Assembly: GCA_021827645.1 (NCBI GenBank)
Contig: JAKAVA010000055.1
Location: 23,185-87,184 of the forward strand
Origin: Planctomycetota bacterium
Lineage (GTDB): Bacteria > Planctomycetota > Phycisphaerae > WQYP01
Reading direction: 5' to 3'
Length of the DNA stretch: 64,000 nt
Numbering within the stretch: position 1 is the stretch's first letter; the number at the start of each line of letters is the position of its first letter. Below are positions 1-9,885 of this stretch, piece after piece. The notes under the pieces are model-generated. The model was not told where the DNA came from. It saw only the letters and a program-made list of their open reading frames with translations, and did no database searches. The translations under genes were made by a program, and so were the position numbers.

Positions 1-4
1 TGCC

Positions 5-1252
5 TTGGAAATCCGCAAAGCAAGTATCCAGCGGCAGATCCAACGTGAGAAAAATCGCCTCACTGCAAGAGCCAAAGTTGAAATGCTTGAAGAAGCCCGT
101 AACAAAATGCTTGGCGCAGAGGCGATGGCACTTGATGCCGTCAAGCGGCTCAAGGCTGAGCATCAAAATATCAGCGACTTGGAAACCGCCCTGACCAAAT
201 ATGAGGCTCTCAAATCATCCCTCAGCCACGCGGAAAAACTTTTGGCGCAGGTCACCAAGCAGGCGAGTCTTCTGAATCTGGATCGAGCCAGTGACATGGT
301 TCACGTTCGGCTGACCTCACTGGCGGTTAAGCCAAAAAGGCGAGCTTTCCCTTTGATCAGTCATTTTCTCATTGTGGGAGTTATCGCTTCGCTGCTCCTC
401 TCCTTGGGCCTCGCATATCTGGTTGAAGTGACAAATACCAAAGTCAATACACCGCGCGACATCACGGGCATCATGCGGTTGCCGCTCCTGGGCTTTATTC
501 CGGATCACGCGGATGACCCGATGCTTTCCGGTAGTCCCATGACCAGTGTTCGTACCAGCCCATCCTCAATGACGGCCGAATCGTTTCGGCAGATTCGAGG
601 TCGGCTCGCCGCGTGCGTGACGAACAAACCGTTGCAAACCATTCTTGTAGCGAGCTTCTCGCCAGGCGGAGGGGCCACGACGGTTGCGAGTAATCTTGCA
701 ATTGGTATCGCCTTAAGCGAACTTCGTGTTTTACTGGTCGATGCAAATTTTTACCGACCTAACTTGAGCTCCGTTTACAAAAACATTCCAGAAGTTGGCT
801 TAACCGATGTATTGGCTGGCAATGCATCATTGGAGGACGCGGTCGTCCAGTCCCCGGATCTGCCGACGCTATTCCTTATTGGCGGCGGGTCGCGTGAGAG
901 GGTGCCGACCGAGCTTACTGAACACCGTGCTTTCCCTGAATTGCTGGAAAAGCTCAAATCCTCTTATGATATGGTGATTTTCGACGGTGCACCGCTGACC
1001 TTTGTATCCGATTCGATCAACTTGGCGGCGAGAGTGGATGGCGTTATTGCGGTATTGCGTGCCGGTATGATAACTCGTGGAACCGTCACACGCATCCGCG
1101 AACAACTCAGATCCGTCCATGCCAATCTTCTTGGTCTGGTGCTCAATGCGACCCAGGCCTTCAGTTCCGGTTACTTCCGCCAGAATTATCGCGCGTTTTT
1201 CCAATACGCGAGTGCCGGAAAAGAATCCAGACCCCGGCTCACGGGAAAATAA
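5..1252 (+). CDS. Polysaccharide co-polymerase / tyrosine autokinase (Wzc/EpsB-like BY-kinase), 5'-truncated by window edge
   Basis: C-terminal P-loop ATPase of MinD/ParA-like BY-kinase type (LVASFSPGGGATTVASNLAIGIA...LLVDANFYRPN, DMVIFDGAPL), TM segment before it, tyrosine-rich C-terminal tail (SSGYFRQNYRAFFQY). Frame is open to position 5, so the gene most likely continues upstream. Confidence 0.6.
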   Translation: MEIRKASIQRQIQREKNRLTARAKVEMLEEARNKMLGAEAMALDAVKRLKAEHQNISDLETALTKYEALKSSLSHAEKLLAQVTKQASLLNLDRASDMVHVRLTSLAVKPKRRAFPLISHFLIVGVIASLLLSLGLAYLVEVTNTKVNTPRDITGIMRLPLLGFIPDHADDPMLSGSPMTSVRTSPSSMTAESFRQIRGRLAACVTNKPLQTILVASFSPGGGATTVASNLAIGIALSELRVLLVDANFYRPNLSSVYKNIPEVGLTDVLAGNASLEDAVVQSPDLPTLFLIGGGSRERVPTELTEHRAFPELLEKLKSSYDMVIFDGAPLTFVSDSINLAARVDGVIAVLRAGMITRGTVTRIREQLRSVHANLLGLVLNATQAFSSGYFRQNYRAFFQYASAGKESRPRLTGK

Positions 1253-1285
1253 AACGCACGGTTTCCGTTTGGCATTTTTATAAAC

Positions 1286-1314
1286 TTGACGGAATATTAG
1301 CGCAAAGTTATCAT
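1286..1314 (+). promoter_or_regulatory. Putative sigma70-type promoter (TTGACG - 17 bp - TATCAT) in AT-richer patch about 650 nt upstream of rny
   Basis: Seen directly: TTGACG at 1286-1291, 17-bp spacer, TATCAT at 1309-1314, inside a locally AT-rich stretch of an otherwise GC-rich intergenic region. No experimental support. Confidence 0.25.
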
Positions 1315-1937
1315 CTTTATACGTTTACGAGACATCGACTGCGGTGCTGCAGGCCGATTCAAAGTATTGGCGGCTGAAAATGGTGCACCGTAGAGATTAT
1401 CTCCAAACGATTAGTCCGGGTTGAAACGGCTTGTCGGACGGTAAACGTTCACGTGAGTGTGGTTCTGAAGCCAACTCGCGGCTGGACAGGCTGGATTAGC
1501 TGCCGATGAGTTCTATAATTGGAACTTCGTTAGCAGCAGGGCTGTTAAAGCCTCGAATAGATTGATGAACTGGTAAAGGTCTCGCGCTTTTATATCTCGG
1601 CACGGAGGTTTTGGTAAAATCACGTGGGTCGCTCGGTGTTAGATGCAAATCATGAAGCTGCGTCAATCTCACTTGGCAGAGGTGTATCTTCGGTGATAAT
1701 TTGGTCATCGATTTCACCGAACGGCGGCCCACATACTCCGGTCCGGACTTAGCGCTGGAAAAACTGAGGTCTTCTGACTTCGCATATCAGTCTGAAATCT
1801 AATCCAGCATAGTTGAATTTGCGGTCATCAAGCTCGCCAACCCCTGCCCGGCGGTAAACCGGTCAGGCAATGCTTTGCCTCCGGTCGTTACACGGCATAG
1901 TCCGTGATATGCGCCGCTGATATCGGGATTTTCATAC

Positions 1938-3548
1938 ATGGTTGCCTCCCATATTGATGTTCCTGTTCTGCTCGCCTCAAACACCCTTAACCTTTCGACC
2001 GTGGTCATAGCGGTCGTGGTGGGAGTTTTGGTTGGTGTTGCGATTGCGTATCTGATACTCAAGTTGGCGGACGTGCGTTCGCTCAGACGTGGCCGCGAGC
2101 AATCGGCTCAAATACTTTCCGAAGCTCAGGCCAAAGTAGCTGATCTCTTCCGCGTAGCTGAGATATCCGCGCGAGATGAATCGTTGAAGCAGCGTCAGGA
2201 GGCTGAAAAGGAATTACAGGCTTCGCGCGAAGAACTTAACCGTATTGAGCAGCGACTGCTGAAACGAGAGGATACTCTCGACCAGAAACTTGATGTGCTG
2301 ACCACTAAAGAGCGAAATTTGGAGACACTTGAGAAAACTCTCGCAGATCGTACCGGCCAGGTCGCAGCCAAGGAGAAGGAACTCCAGGATATGCTGGCGC
2401 GTGAAAAGGACATGTTATTACGTATCAGTTCCATGACGGAGTCCGATGCACGTGAATTGCTTCTCAAAAGAGTGGAGAGTGAAGCTCGCCATGAAATGGC
2501 CCTGGTACTTGAAAAAGTGGAACTCCAGGCACAGGATGAGGCCAAGCAAAAAGCCACCAACATCATGCTCCAGGCCATGCAGCGCTACGCAGCCGAAGTT
2601 ACCAGCGAAGGGACGACCAAGACTGTAACCATCCCCAGTGATGACATGAAGGGGCGCATCATAGGGCGTGAAGGGCGAAATATTCGTGCCTTTGAGCAGG
2701 CGACCGGAGTTGACGTCAATATTGATGATACTCCAGGGATTATTACCGTGAATTGTTTTGATCCAATTCGTCGCGAGGTGGGGCGCCTCACTCTTGAAAA
2801 GCTGATCGCCGATGGACGAATCCATCCTGCGCGAATCGAAGAGGTGCTGCAGGCCACGCAGAGGGAAATGGAAAACAACGTCAGACAAGCCGGTAAAAAG
2901 GCTGTTGTCGAGGCCAACGTTTCAGGAATCCACCCCCGCATTGTCGAAATGCTCGGTCGGCTGCATTACCGCACCAGTTATGGTCAGAATATTCTCAAAC
3001 ATTCGCTTGAAGTCGCCTTTCTATCGCAGATGATAGCCGATGAGCTTGGACTCGATGGCGCCATGGCCCGCCGGGCGGGGTTATTGCATGATATCGGTAA
3101 GGCGATGGATCACGATCAGGAGGGGGGCCATCCCGCACTCGGTATGGAATTTTGCCGTAAGCTCGGTGAACCGCCCGCAGTGCTCAATGCCATAGGTGGA
3201 CATCACAATGACATCCCTTCAACGACTCCATATACGCCGATTGTCATGGCCGCCGATGCGATCAGTGGCGCGCGTCCCGGTGCCAGGCGCGAATCCTTGG
3301 AACGCTACATCAAGCGATTACAGGAGTTGGAGGGTATCGCCACCAGTTTCCCGGGAGTTCGCCATGCGTTTGCCATTCAGGCTGGCAGAGAGGTCCGGGT
3401 CATAGTCGATCCGGAACGCTGTGACGATGCAACGGCTCGCTTGATCGCCCGCGATATTGCCAAGAGGGTTAAGTCTGAATTGACTTTTCCGGGAGAGATA
3501 CGCATTACTGTCCTGCGGGAAACCCGTGCCGTTGAATTAGCGCGTTAA
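1938..3548 (+). CDS. rny: Ribonuclease Y (N-terminal TM anchor, coiled coil, KH domain, HD domain)
   Basis: N-terminal hydrophobic helix (VVIAVVVGVLVGVAIAYLIL), long charged coiled-coil, KH motif (IIGREGRNIRAFE), HD motif (LLHDIGKA...GGHH), typical ~520-aa architecture. Confidence 0.9.
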   Translation: MVASHIDVPVLLASNTLNLSTVVIAVVVGVLVGVAIAYLILKLADVRSLRRGREQSAQILSEAQAKVADLFRVAEISARDESLKQRQEAEKELQASREELNRIEQRLLKREDTLDQKLDVLTTKERNLETLEKTLADRTGQVAAKEKELQDMLAREKDMLLRISSMTESDARELLLKRVESEARHEMALVLEKVELQAQDEAKQKATNIMLQAMQRYAAEVTSEGTTKTVTIPSDDMKGRIIGREGRNIRAFEQATGVDVNIDDTPGIITVNCFDPIRREVGRLTLEKLIADGRIHPARIEEVLQATQREMENNVRQAGKKAVVEANVSGIHPRIVEMLGRLHYRTSYGQNILKHSLEVAFLSQMIADELGLDGAMARRAGLLHDIGKAMDHDQEGGHPALGMEFCRKLGEPPAVLNAIGGHHNDIPSTTPYTPIVMAADAISGARPGARRESLERYIKRLQELEGIATSFPGVRHAFAIQAGREVRVIVDPERCDDATARLIARDIAKRVKSELTFPGEIRITVLRETRAVELAR

Positions 3549-3587
3549 ATTCCGACGATGTTCGGAGCGTTTGACAGAACGCGGGGC

Positions 3588-3619
3588 GAGCGGCGTACGT
3601 GGTGGCCGCTTCTTCTTTT
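3588..3619 (+). terminator. Possible rho-independent terminator after rny
   Basis: Stem AGCGGC (3588-3593) / GCCGCT (3604-3609) with 10-nt loop, followed by a T-rich run TCTTCTTTTC. Loop is long, so weak. Confidence 0.3.
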
Positions 3620-4208
3620 CAGCTTGTCAAGATTCTTACCATGCGAGATGATTGACATTTATCCATTATCCCCCAAAAAACTTAGGCAACAAAGCAAATC
3701 GGCTTGACAAATTAGTCTAATAGCATACCATTCCTGTATCGACGGGTATCGATGAAGAATTACCCTGACTTTCAGGCGGAATTTCGGAGAATATCGGAGA
3801 TTCATTTACCTCGAAGGTCATGGATGAATAGTAACCGTACCCTGCGAAATTCCGCTTCAGTATGCCCTCTGGGTATCCTGGAAGTGGGGTACTTAAGAAT
3901 ATAACGGTCTGCGATGTTCAACAACGTTGACATCAATGACGGGTGTTGTGAGTTAGTGTCTCGCTTGGCGAACACCGGCTCATGATATTTGATCTTGCCG
4001 CCACCGTGCGGGTTCCCACTTTGCCCGCCCGAAAGGCTGTCGCGCCCCACTCGCCAGCCCCGTGGCGGCAATTTTTTTCAAGGCCTGCAAGACCTCTTTA
4101 TAATTTGGGAATTTCACCGCGGAGCCACTGGTTGACGCTGTGACCCTGGCGCGTCAGACAAAATTGCAGTATGTTACTCATCAGTCATCGCTGTTTTTGG
4201 AAAGGTAG

Positions 4209-4850
4209 ATGATGGCGCTGAAGTCACACTTGAACCCGGATCCTATCCTTCTTGATGTGGCGGATGAAAAAGGTTTCCTGTCGCCTCAGGAAATTTTCGC
4301 TCGCTCCGGACCCCTTGAATTGGAAATAGGATCGGGCAAGGGGGCATTCCTGATGCAAATGGCGGTGGCGTTTCCTGATCGAAACTTTATTGGAATCGAA
4401 TGGGCCAACGCCTATGCGCGATATGCCGCAGACCGATTTCGCCGGCATGGTTTTCAAAACGTTCGCATGGTTCATGGGGAGGCGATATGGTGGATAAGAA
4501 TTCATATAGCAGATAATACTCTCGATGCCATGCACGTCTATTTCCCCGATCCATGGCCTAAAACTCGACATCATAAAAGGCGGCTCATCCAGCAACCCTT
4601 TCTTCAACAGGCGCTGCGGGTGCTCAAACCTCTGGCTCATTTGAACATCGTTACCGATCATGCGGAGTATTTCGCGCATATCCGGCTCACCCTGGCGGAA
4701 TTTGGACATTTTTCTCTGGAGCCATTTGAATCACCTCTGCGATCCGTCGGGCGCAATTTTATGGTGGGTACCAATTTTGAAAAAAAATATGCTGCGCAGA
4801 ACCGGCCGTTTTACTCCGTCACCGCTGTAAAACCCGGAGGCATGCAGTAA
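4209..4850 (+). CDS. trmB: tRNA (guanine46-N7)-methyltransferase
   Basis: SAM-binding motif ELEIGSGKGAFL and the TrmB signature VYFPDPWPKTRHHKRRL. Confidence 0.85.
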   Translation: MMALKSHLNPDPILLDVADEKGFLSPQEIFARSGPLELEIGSGKGAFLMQMAVAFPDRNFIGIEWANAYARYAADRFRRHGFQNVRMVHGEAIWWIRIHIADNTLDAMHVYFPDPWPKTRHHKRRLIQQPFLQQALRVLKPLAHLNIVTDHAEYFAHIRLTLAEFGHFSLEPFESPLRSVGRNFMVGTNFEKKYAAQNRPFYSVTAVKPGGMQ

Positions 4851-5014
4851 CTATCAACTTATTCAGTCGTCGTTGAATAACATAGGGAGCCCGCAACATA
4901 TCGATCTGACGATAATCGCCATATTCCTGGCAGCCCGAAGTTGCACGACGGCCCCATTGTATCGAACGTCGGGTTGCGGCGAATATCTCAGATATCAGAG
5001 CGAAGCATACCCGA

Positions 5015-5389
5015 TTACTTGCTCGCATTGACGAATTGCATTCGGACTTCGTAGAGCGCCATATCGAGCATCTGCTTCTCATCAGCGGTGAGATTGCCCT
5101 TGGTTTTCTGCTCCAGAATTCCGAGCGTATCGATATAAAGTTTGGCCACATCCAAATCGCGGTTACGCTGGCCGTCAGGTGATTCGATGATTCCCATCGC
5201 CATCAGTGCCGGTACGGCCATCTGCTGAATGATCAATTCAAATGATGGTTCAGGTATCTCCGGAGTTTCGTCGTCCGCGGACGCAGCGCCCTGCATTGTG
5301 CCCGCCAACTGGTCTTTTTCTCTGCGGGCCTGTTCCTTAAAATCATTATCAACATTCATTCCGGGATTAACATTATCGAACTTCGACAT
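5015..5389 (-). CDS. Conserved hypothetical protein, DUF1844-like
   Basis: ~120-aa acidic protein with the central hydrophobic segment and C-terminal ID.LGILEQKTKGNL...E..L motif that I associate with DUF1844. Function unknown. Confidence 0.45.
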   Translation of the reverse strand: MSKFDNVNPGMNVDNDFKEQARREKDQLAGTMQGAASADDETPEIPEPSFELIIQQMAVPALMAMGIIESPDGQRNRDLDVAKLYIDTLGILEQKTKGNLTADEKQMLDMALYEVRMQFVNASK

Positions 5390-5514
5390 ATACTTATCCT
5401 TTCCTCGTTTGTCTCATGCCCTTATCTTAACAGGTTCCCGGGGCTTTGGCAGCCGCCGTATCGACAAGGGGTGTGGTTGCCGATAGATGAACGGGCGCAG
5501 TTGTGGATGATTGA

Positions 5515-6978
5515 GTGAAAGGCAATAACAGAGAACCTATGACCGAAATCAGTATTCATCAGACGTACCAAAGTCCGTTATCCACTCGCAATGCGTCTCC
5601 GGAGATGCTGGCGGTGTTTTCCGCTCAGCGCAAATTCTCCACCTGGCGGCGTATCTGGCTGGCATTGGCGGAAGCACAACGTGAGATCGGACTCCCCATT
5701 ACCGATGCGCAGCTTGCCGAGATGCGTGCTCATCTGGACGACATCGACTTTCAGGAAGCGGCCCGGCAGGAAGCCAAATTACGCCATGATGTGATGGCCC
5801 ACCTGCATACGTTTGCCAAGGCCGCGCCTCTGGCCAAGCCGATTCTGCATCTGGGCGCCACATCCATGGATATTGTCGACAATACGGATGTTCTCCTGTT
5901 GCGCGACGGACTCGATATCGTCACCCGCAAACTGGCGAATTTAATTGACGCGTTGGCGGCATTCGCCATGCAATGGAAGGACCTCCCGACGCTGGCCTAT
6001 ACGCATCTTCAACCGGCTCAACCCACAACCCTTGGCAAGCGGGCGGTATTGTGGTGCTATGACTTTGTGCTGGCGCTGGGGGAAATTGAACTTCGGCGTG
6101 AAACGCTCATGCTGCGGGGAATCAAAGGAACCACCGGGACGCAGGCTTCCTTTCTGGAGCTTTTCGAAGGGGATCATGAACGCGTGCGGCAATTGGAATA
6201 CGCGGTGGCGGCCAAACTCGGATTTGACCGGGTGCACCCTGTCTCCGGGCAAACGTATTCCCGAATTGTGGATGTGCAGGTGATTACGAGTCTGGCACTG
6301 GTCGGGGCCGCAGCGCATAAAATGGCGCAGGACATTCGACTCCTGTCTGCGTTTAAGGAAATTGACGAACCATTTGAAGAATTTCAGGTCGGCTCATCGG
6401 CGATGGCCTACAAACGCAATCCGGTCCTATCAGAGCGGGCGACCGGCCTGGCCCGCTGGCTGATGGGCATCGTATCGCAGCCCATGTTTACGGCCGCTCA
6501 GCAGATGTTTGAGCGCACGCTGGATGATTCGTCCAATAAGCGGCTCAGCGTGCCTGAGGCATTTCTCACCTGCGATGCGATTCTCGATTTAATGATTCAT
6601 GTCGCCCGTGGCCTTGTCGTCAACACCAAGGTTATCGAGCGTCGCCTCAACGACGAACTGCCGTTTATGGCAACCGAAAATATTCTCATGGCGGCGGTGA
6701 AAGCGGGCGGCGACCGTCAGGAACTGCATGAAAAAATTCGGGCCCATGCCATGGAGGCGGCGCGCCAGGTGAAGGAATTTGGCAAACCCAACGACCTGCT
6801 GGATCGGTTGAAAGGGGACGCTGCATTCCGCGGAGCGGATATCACGGCGGCCATGGCGGCTGAAAAGTTCATTGGCCGTTCGCCGCAGCAGGTGGAGGAG
6901 TTTGTTACCTACACGGTGGCCCCCATTCGCAAGCGATACTCCGGTCAATTGGATCATCAGGTCAAGCTGAAGGTGTAG
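5515..6978 (+). CDS. purB: Adenylosuccinate lyase
   Basis: Fumarate-lyase superfamily signature (GSSAMAYKRNP), PurB-specific N-terminus (YQSPLSTRNASPEMLAVFS) and C-terminal ADSL domain. Alternative start Met at about 5539. Confidence 0.9.
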   Translation: MKGNNREPMTEISIHQTYQSPLSTRNASPEMLAVFSAQRKFSTWRRIWLALAEAQREIGLPITDAQLAEMRAHLDDIDFQEAARQEAKLRHDVMAHLHTFAKAAPLAKPILHLGATSMDIVDNTDVLLLRDGLDIVTRKLANLIDALAAFAMQWKDLPTLAYTHLQPAQPTTLGKRAVLWCYDFVLALGEIELRRETLMLRGIKGTTGTQASFLELFEGDHERVRQLEYAVAAKLGFDRVHPVSGQTYSRIVDVQVITSLALVGAAAHKMAQDIRLLSAFKEIDEPFEEFQVGSSAMAYKRNPVLSERATGLARWLMGIVSQPMFTAAQQMFERTLDDSSNKRLSVPEAFLTCDAILDLMIHVARGLVVNTKVIERRLNDELPFMATENILMAAVKAGGDRQELHEKIRAHAMEAARQVKEFGKPNDLLDRLKGDAAFRGADITAAMAAEKFIGRSPQQVEEFVTYTVAPIRKRYSGQLDHQVKLKV

Positions 6979-6995
6979 CGGCGCGGGGCAATCCA

Positions 6996-8159
6996 ATGGC
7001 CCGCAGCCCGGCGCCATGCAATGTGAGGATCGGCGTCATGTCCGAAGGTGTACCATTGAGCCTCCTTGAAAATTCAGTGCTGATCTCCGGCGGCGCCGGG
7101 ATACAGTGGGTGAATCTCTCCGCGGAATTGGAATGGTCATTTGATGAATTCCAGCGACGCCATCGTCTGGATGCCGCCGCTGCACGCATGGCGTATCGGA
7201 GCCGCTTCAGCGATTCAAATCCGGAAAATTGCCTCCCGATCAGCGCCGTCCTGCCTGACGGAGATGCCGCCAAATTCGTTTTTTGTGTCGGCTGGCGGTG
7301 GGGTGGTTCTGCTTCCCCGCAGGAGCCCCTGGAAATTGAATCGGTCATGTTGCCGATGAAGAATCGCCATGGCGGTCGATGGCTGACGCTCTGTATTTCA
7401 TCCCAGATCGGGTGTCGAATGGGATGTGAATTCTGTCAAACCGGACGGATGGGGCTCATCGGCCAACTTCCGGCATCGCACATCATTGCCCAGGTTCTTA
7501 CGGTGCAGCATTGGCTCAGGGAGAAGCGCCCCGGCAGTACCATTAAAAATATAGTGTTCATGGGGATGGGGGAGCCGTTGGATAATGCCGACGCCGTCTT
7601 CAAAGCCATTCGGCTTTTTACGGAACCCCGGGGGTTGGCTTTTGCCCCCGCATGTATTACCCTTTCGACGGTGGGGCGGATCGATGGGCTGCAACGATTC
7701 GCCCGGGAAGATATTCCGCCGGTAAGACTGGCCATATCCATCACCAGCGCCGATGACCATCTCCGCAGCCGGCTCATGCCGATCAACCGATCCATGCCCC
7801 TGGCCAAACTCAGGCAAACCCTGTTGGACTTGCCCCGCTCCTCCCGAAGCCGCTATCTGATTCAATATGTCATGCTCAAGGGGATCAATGATGATCCACG
7901 CGATGCACATCAGTTGGCCCAATGGTGTCAGGACCTGCCCGTGACAGTTAACCTGATTGCCTACAATCCGCAGGACCCGCCGATTTTTGAGGCATCCACT
8001 CCCGATCGAATCGAGGCATTTTCCGCCGTTCTGAAAAATTCCGGCATATTGGTCAAACAGCGTGCGACGATCTGTCAGGCCAGAATGGGTGCCTGCGGCC
8101 AATTGGGCAACCGACATCTGCGTCGCCGCCCGAGCGAAAGCACCAGCAACCGTGCATGA
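6996..8159 (+). CDS. rlmN: Radical-SAM 23S rRNA/tRNA m2A methyltransferase RlmN/Cfr family
   Basis: CxxxCxxC radical-SAM motif in RlmN context (GCRMGCEFCQTGRMGL), GMGEPLDN, C-terminal catalytic Cys region (ACGQL). True start may be the internal Met at about 7036. Confidence 0.8.
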   Translation: MARSPAPCNVRIGVMSEGVPLSLLENSVLISGGAGIQWVNLSAELEWSFDEFQRRHRLDAAAARMAYRSRFSDSNPENCLPISAVLPDGDAAKFVFCVGWRWGGSASPQEPLEIESVMLPMKNRHGGRWLTLCISSQIGCRMGCEFCQTGRMGLIGQLPASHIIAQVLTVQHWLREKRPGSTIKNIVFMGMGEPLDNADAVFKAIRLFTEPRGLAFAPACITLSTVGRIDGLQRFAREDIPPVRLAISITSADDHLRSRLMPINRSMPLAKLRQTLLDLPRSSRSRYLIQYVMLKGINDDPRDAHQLAQWCQDLPVTVNLIAYNPQDPPIFEASTPDRIEAFSAVLKNSGILVKQRATICQARMGACGQLGNRHLRRRPSESTSNRA

Positions 8160-8177
8160 TCCGTTTGCGGCTGGAAA

Positions 8178-9284
8178 TCAAAACATCACCAGATCGTCTT
8201 TGTGGATGATGCACTCGGGAGATTTTTCCCGCTGTAGCGCCGCCGGGATTTGAGCCGACGCAAGCCCTTTGATCTTGTTCATCTCTTCGCTGCTGAATTT
8301 AATCTTGCCTCGACCGAGCACGCCTGATCCCGATTCGGCAATTTCCACGATGTCACCGGCAGAAAAGATTCCCGTCACACCGACGACTCCTTTGGCCAGA
8401 AGCGATTTTTCTTTCCGCAATGCCGCCGCCGCTCCGGTGTCCACGTGGACGATCCCGCTGGGTTGATGCGTCATGATCCATCGATCCCACGCTGCGAGGC
8501 GTTTTTTGCCGGGCATGATGAGCGTACCGGTTGATTCGCCTTGCAGCAGTTTACGAATGATGTCGGGCGTTTTGCCATTCGCAATCAGAACGGGCCGGCC
8601 GGCGGTTTTCACCGTTCCGGCCGCGATAAGTTTGCTTCCCATTCCGCCGGTTCCACGTGAGCTCTTTTCAGGCCGGACAATCGATGCAACCTGATCATCC
8701 ATCGCGTGAACAACGCTCAGCACTTGATTGTTTTTATCCAGCAGGCCGTCCACCACCGAGAGCAGAATCAGCAGGTCGGCCCCGACCAGATTGGTAACGT
8801 GAGCGGCGATCAGATCATTATCGCCGAAGCGAATTTCATCCACCGCGACGGCATCGTTTTCGTTGATGATGGGTAGGGCCGCACTGCGTTGAAGGGCGTC
8901 AATGCAATTTCGCAGATTCAGATATCGAGTACGGTCTTCGAAATCGGAGCGGGTGACCAGAATCTGTCCCGCATGAAGATGGTAGCGGTGCAGAGCCTGC
9001 GCAAAATGACTCATCAGAACATACTGTCCGACCGCTGCGGCGGCTTGAAGCATGGACATTCGCTTGGGGCGCACGCGCAGGCCAAGCTGATGCATTCCGG
9101 TGCTGATGGCGCCGCTGGACACGAGCGTAATTGAAACGCGGTTTTGAATCAGCTCCGCCAGATTCGAGCAGAGGTTGATGAGGATATTCTCGTCCAGACC
9201 GCCTTCAGAACGCGTGAGCGCATTGGAACCTATTTTGACAACAATGCTCTTGAGGCCTGTTAAAGTCTTTACACGATCCGTCAT
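8178..9284 (-). CDS. proB: Glutamate 5-kinase with C-terminal PUA domain
   Basis: Amino-acid kinase fold N-terminus (IVVKIGSNALT), ProB-type central region, C-terminal PUA domain (GKIKFSSEE...), ~368 aa. Confidence 0.9.
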   Translation of the reverse strand: MTDRVKTLTGLKSIVVKIGSNALTRSEGGLDENILINLCSNLAELIQNRVSITLVSSGAISTGMHQLGLRVRPKRMSMLQAAAAVGQYVLMSHFAQALHRYHLHAGQILVTRSDFEDRTRYLNLRNCIDALQRSAALPIINENDAVAVDEIRFGDNDLIAAHVTNLVGADLLILLSVVDGLLDKNNQVLSVVHAMDDQVASIVRPEKSSRGTGGMGSKLIAAGTVKTAGRPVLIANGKTPDIIRKLLQGESTGTLIMPGKKRLAAWDRWIMTHQPSGIVHVDTGAAAALRKEKSLLAKGVVGVTGIFSAGDIVEIAESGSGVLGRGKIKFSSEEMNKIKGLASAQIPAALQREKSPECIIHKDDLVMF

Positions 9285-9605
9285 ACCTTTGATCCACTAA
9301 AACCTTAAAACTCACACGGTGCCATTATGCACGGAAGGGGGATGGATATCACGGCAGCATGGACGACGGAGGTTGGCCAGCGAAGTTTTTCCGGCTCGAC
9401 CCGTTATCGGCACTGGCTCTGCTATCAAATATGTCGCCCATAATGCAGGTCCATGGTGGGGGGGTGTCAGTACCTGCGGACGCGATCGGGGCGTTTCCGC
9501 CTGATTGGTGACAATCGGTGGCGCGTCAGGGCGACTCGGCTGAGGTTCGCTAACGCATCGCCTTTCGTGAAGCTCATTTTTTCTGGGACTTAATCGACAG
9601 CCGCA

Positions 9606-9626
9606 CTGGCAATAATCGATTGCCAG
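9606..9626. promoter_or_regulatory. Perfect 8-bp inverted repeat CTGGCAAT-N5-ATTGCCAG in proB / GGDEF divergent intergenic region
   Basis: Seen directly in sequence. Candidate operator or hairpin. No partner protein assigned. Confidence 0.2.
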
Positions 9627-9885
9627 CAACATCGAAGTCGCATCGCAAAACAAAAAGGGCAGAATATAAAAAATAGAAAAGAGGACGTTGCAGGATTTAA
9701 TTCGGTACGCCAAGAAAAATCTTTGCCTGGAGGGCGAATTTGAATTAAGATTAGATAGGTGGATCAGTCGGCATCGTGGCAGTTGCCCACTGACGGCGGT
9801 AAAGTATTGAAAGCGTTGCGATTCCCATTGCTTGAAGTGGAAATGTGTCGGCAAACGCAGCGGCCGGCGCATCTGAGGGTCACGG

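Noticed and set aside
3802-4071. 89-aa minus-strand ORF in the rny-trmB spacer
   Set aside because: Gly/Arg-rich low-complexity translation. No RBS or known motif. The region is more likely non-coding RNA or promoter DNA.
9312-9872. 186-aa minus-strand ORF filling the proB / GGDEF intergenic region
   Set aside because: No domain or motif. It begins inside a divergent promoter region and has odd composition. Kept as non-coding.
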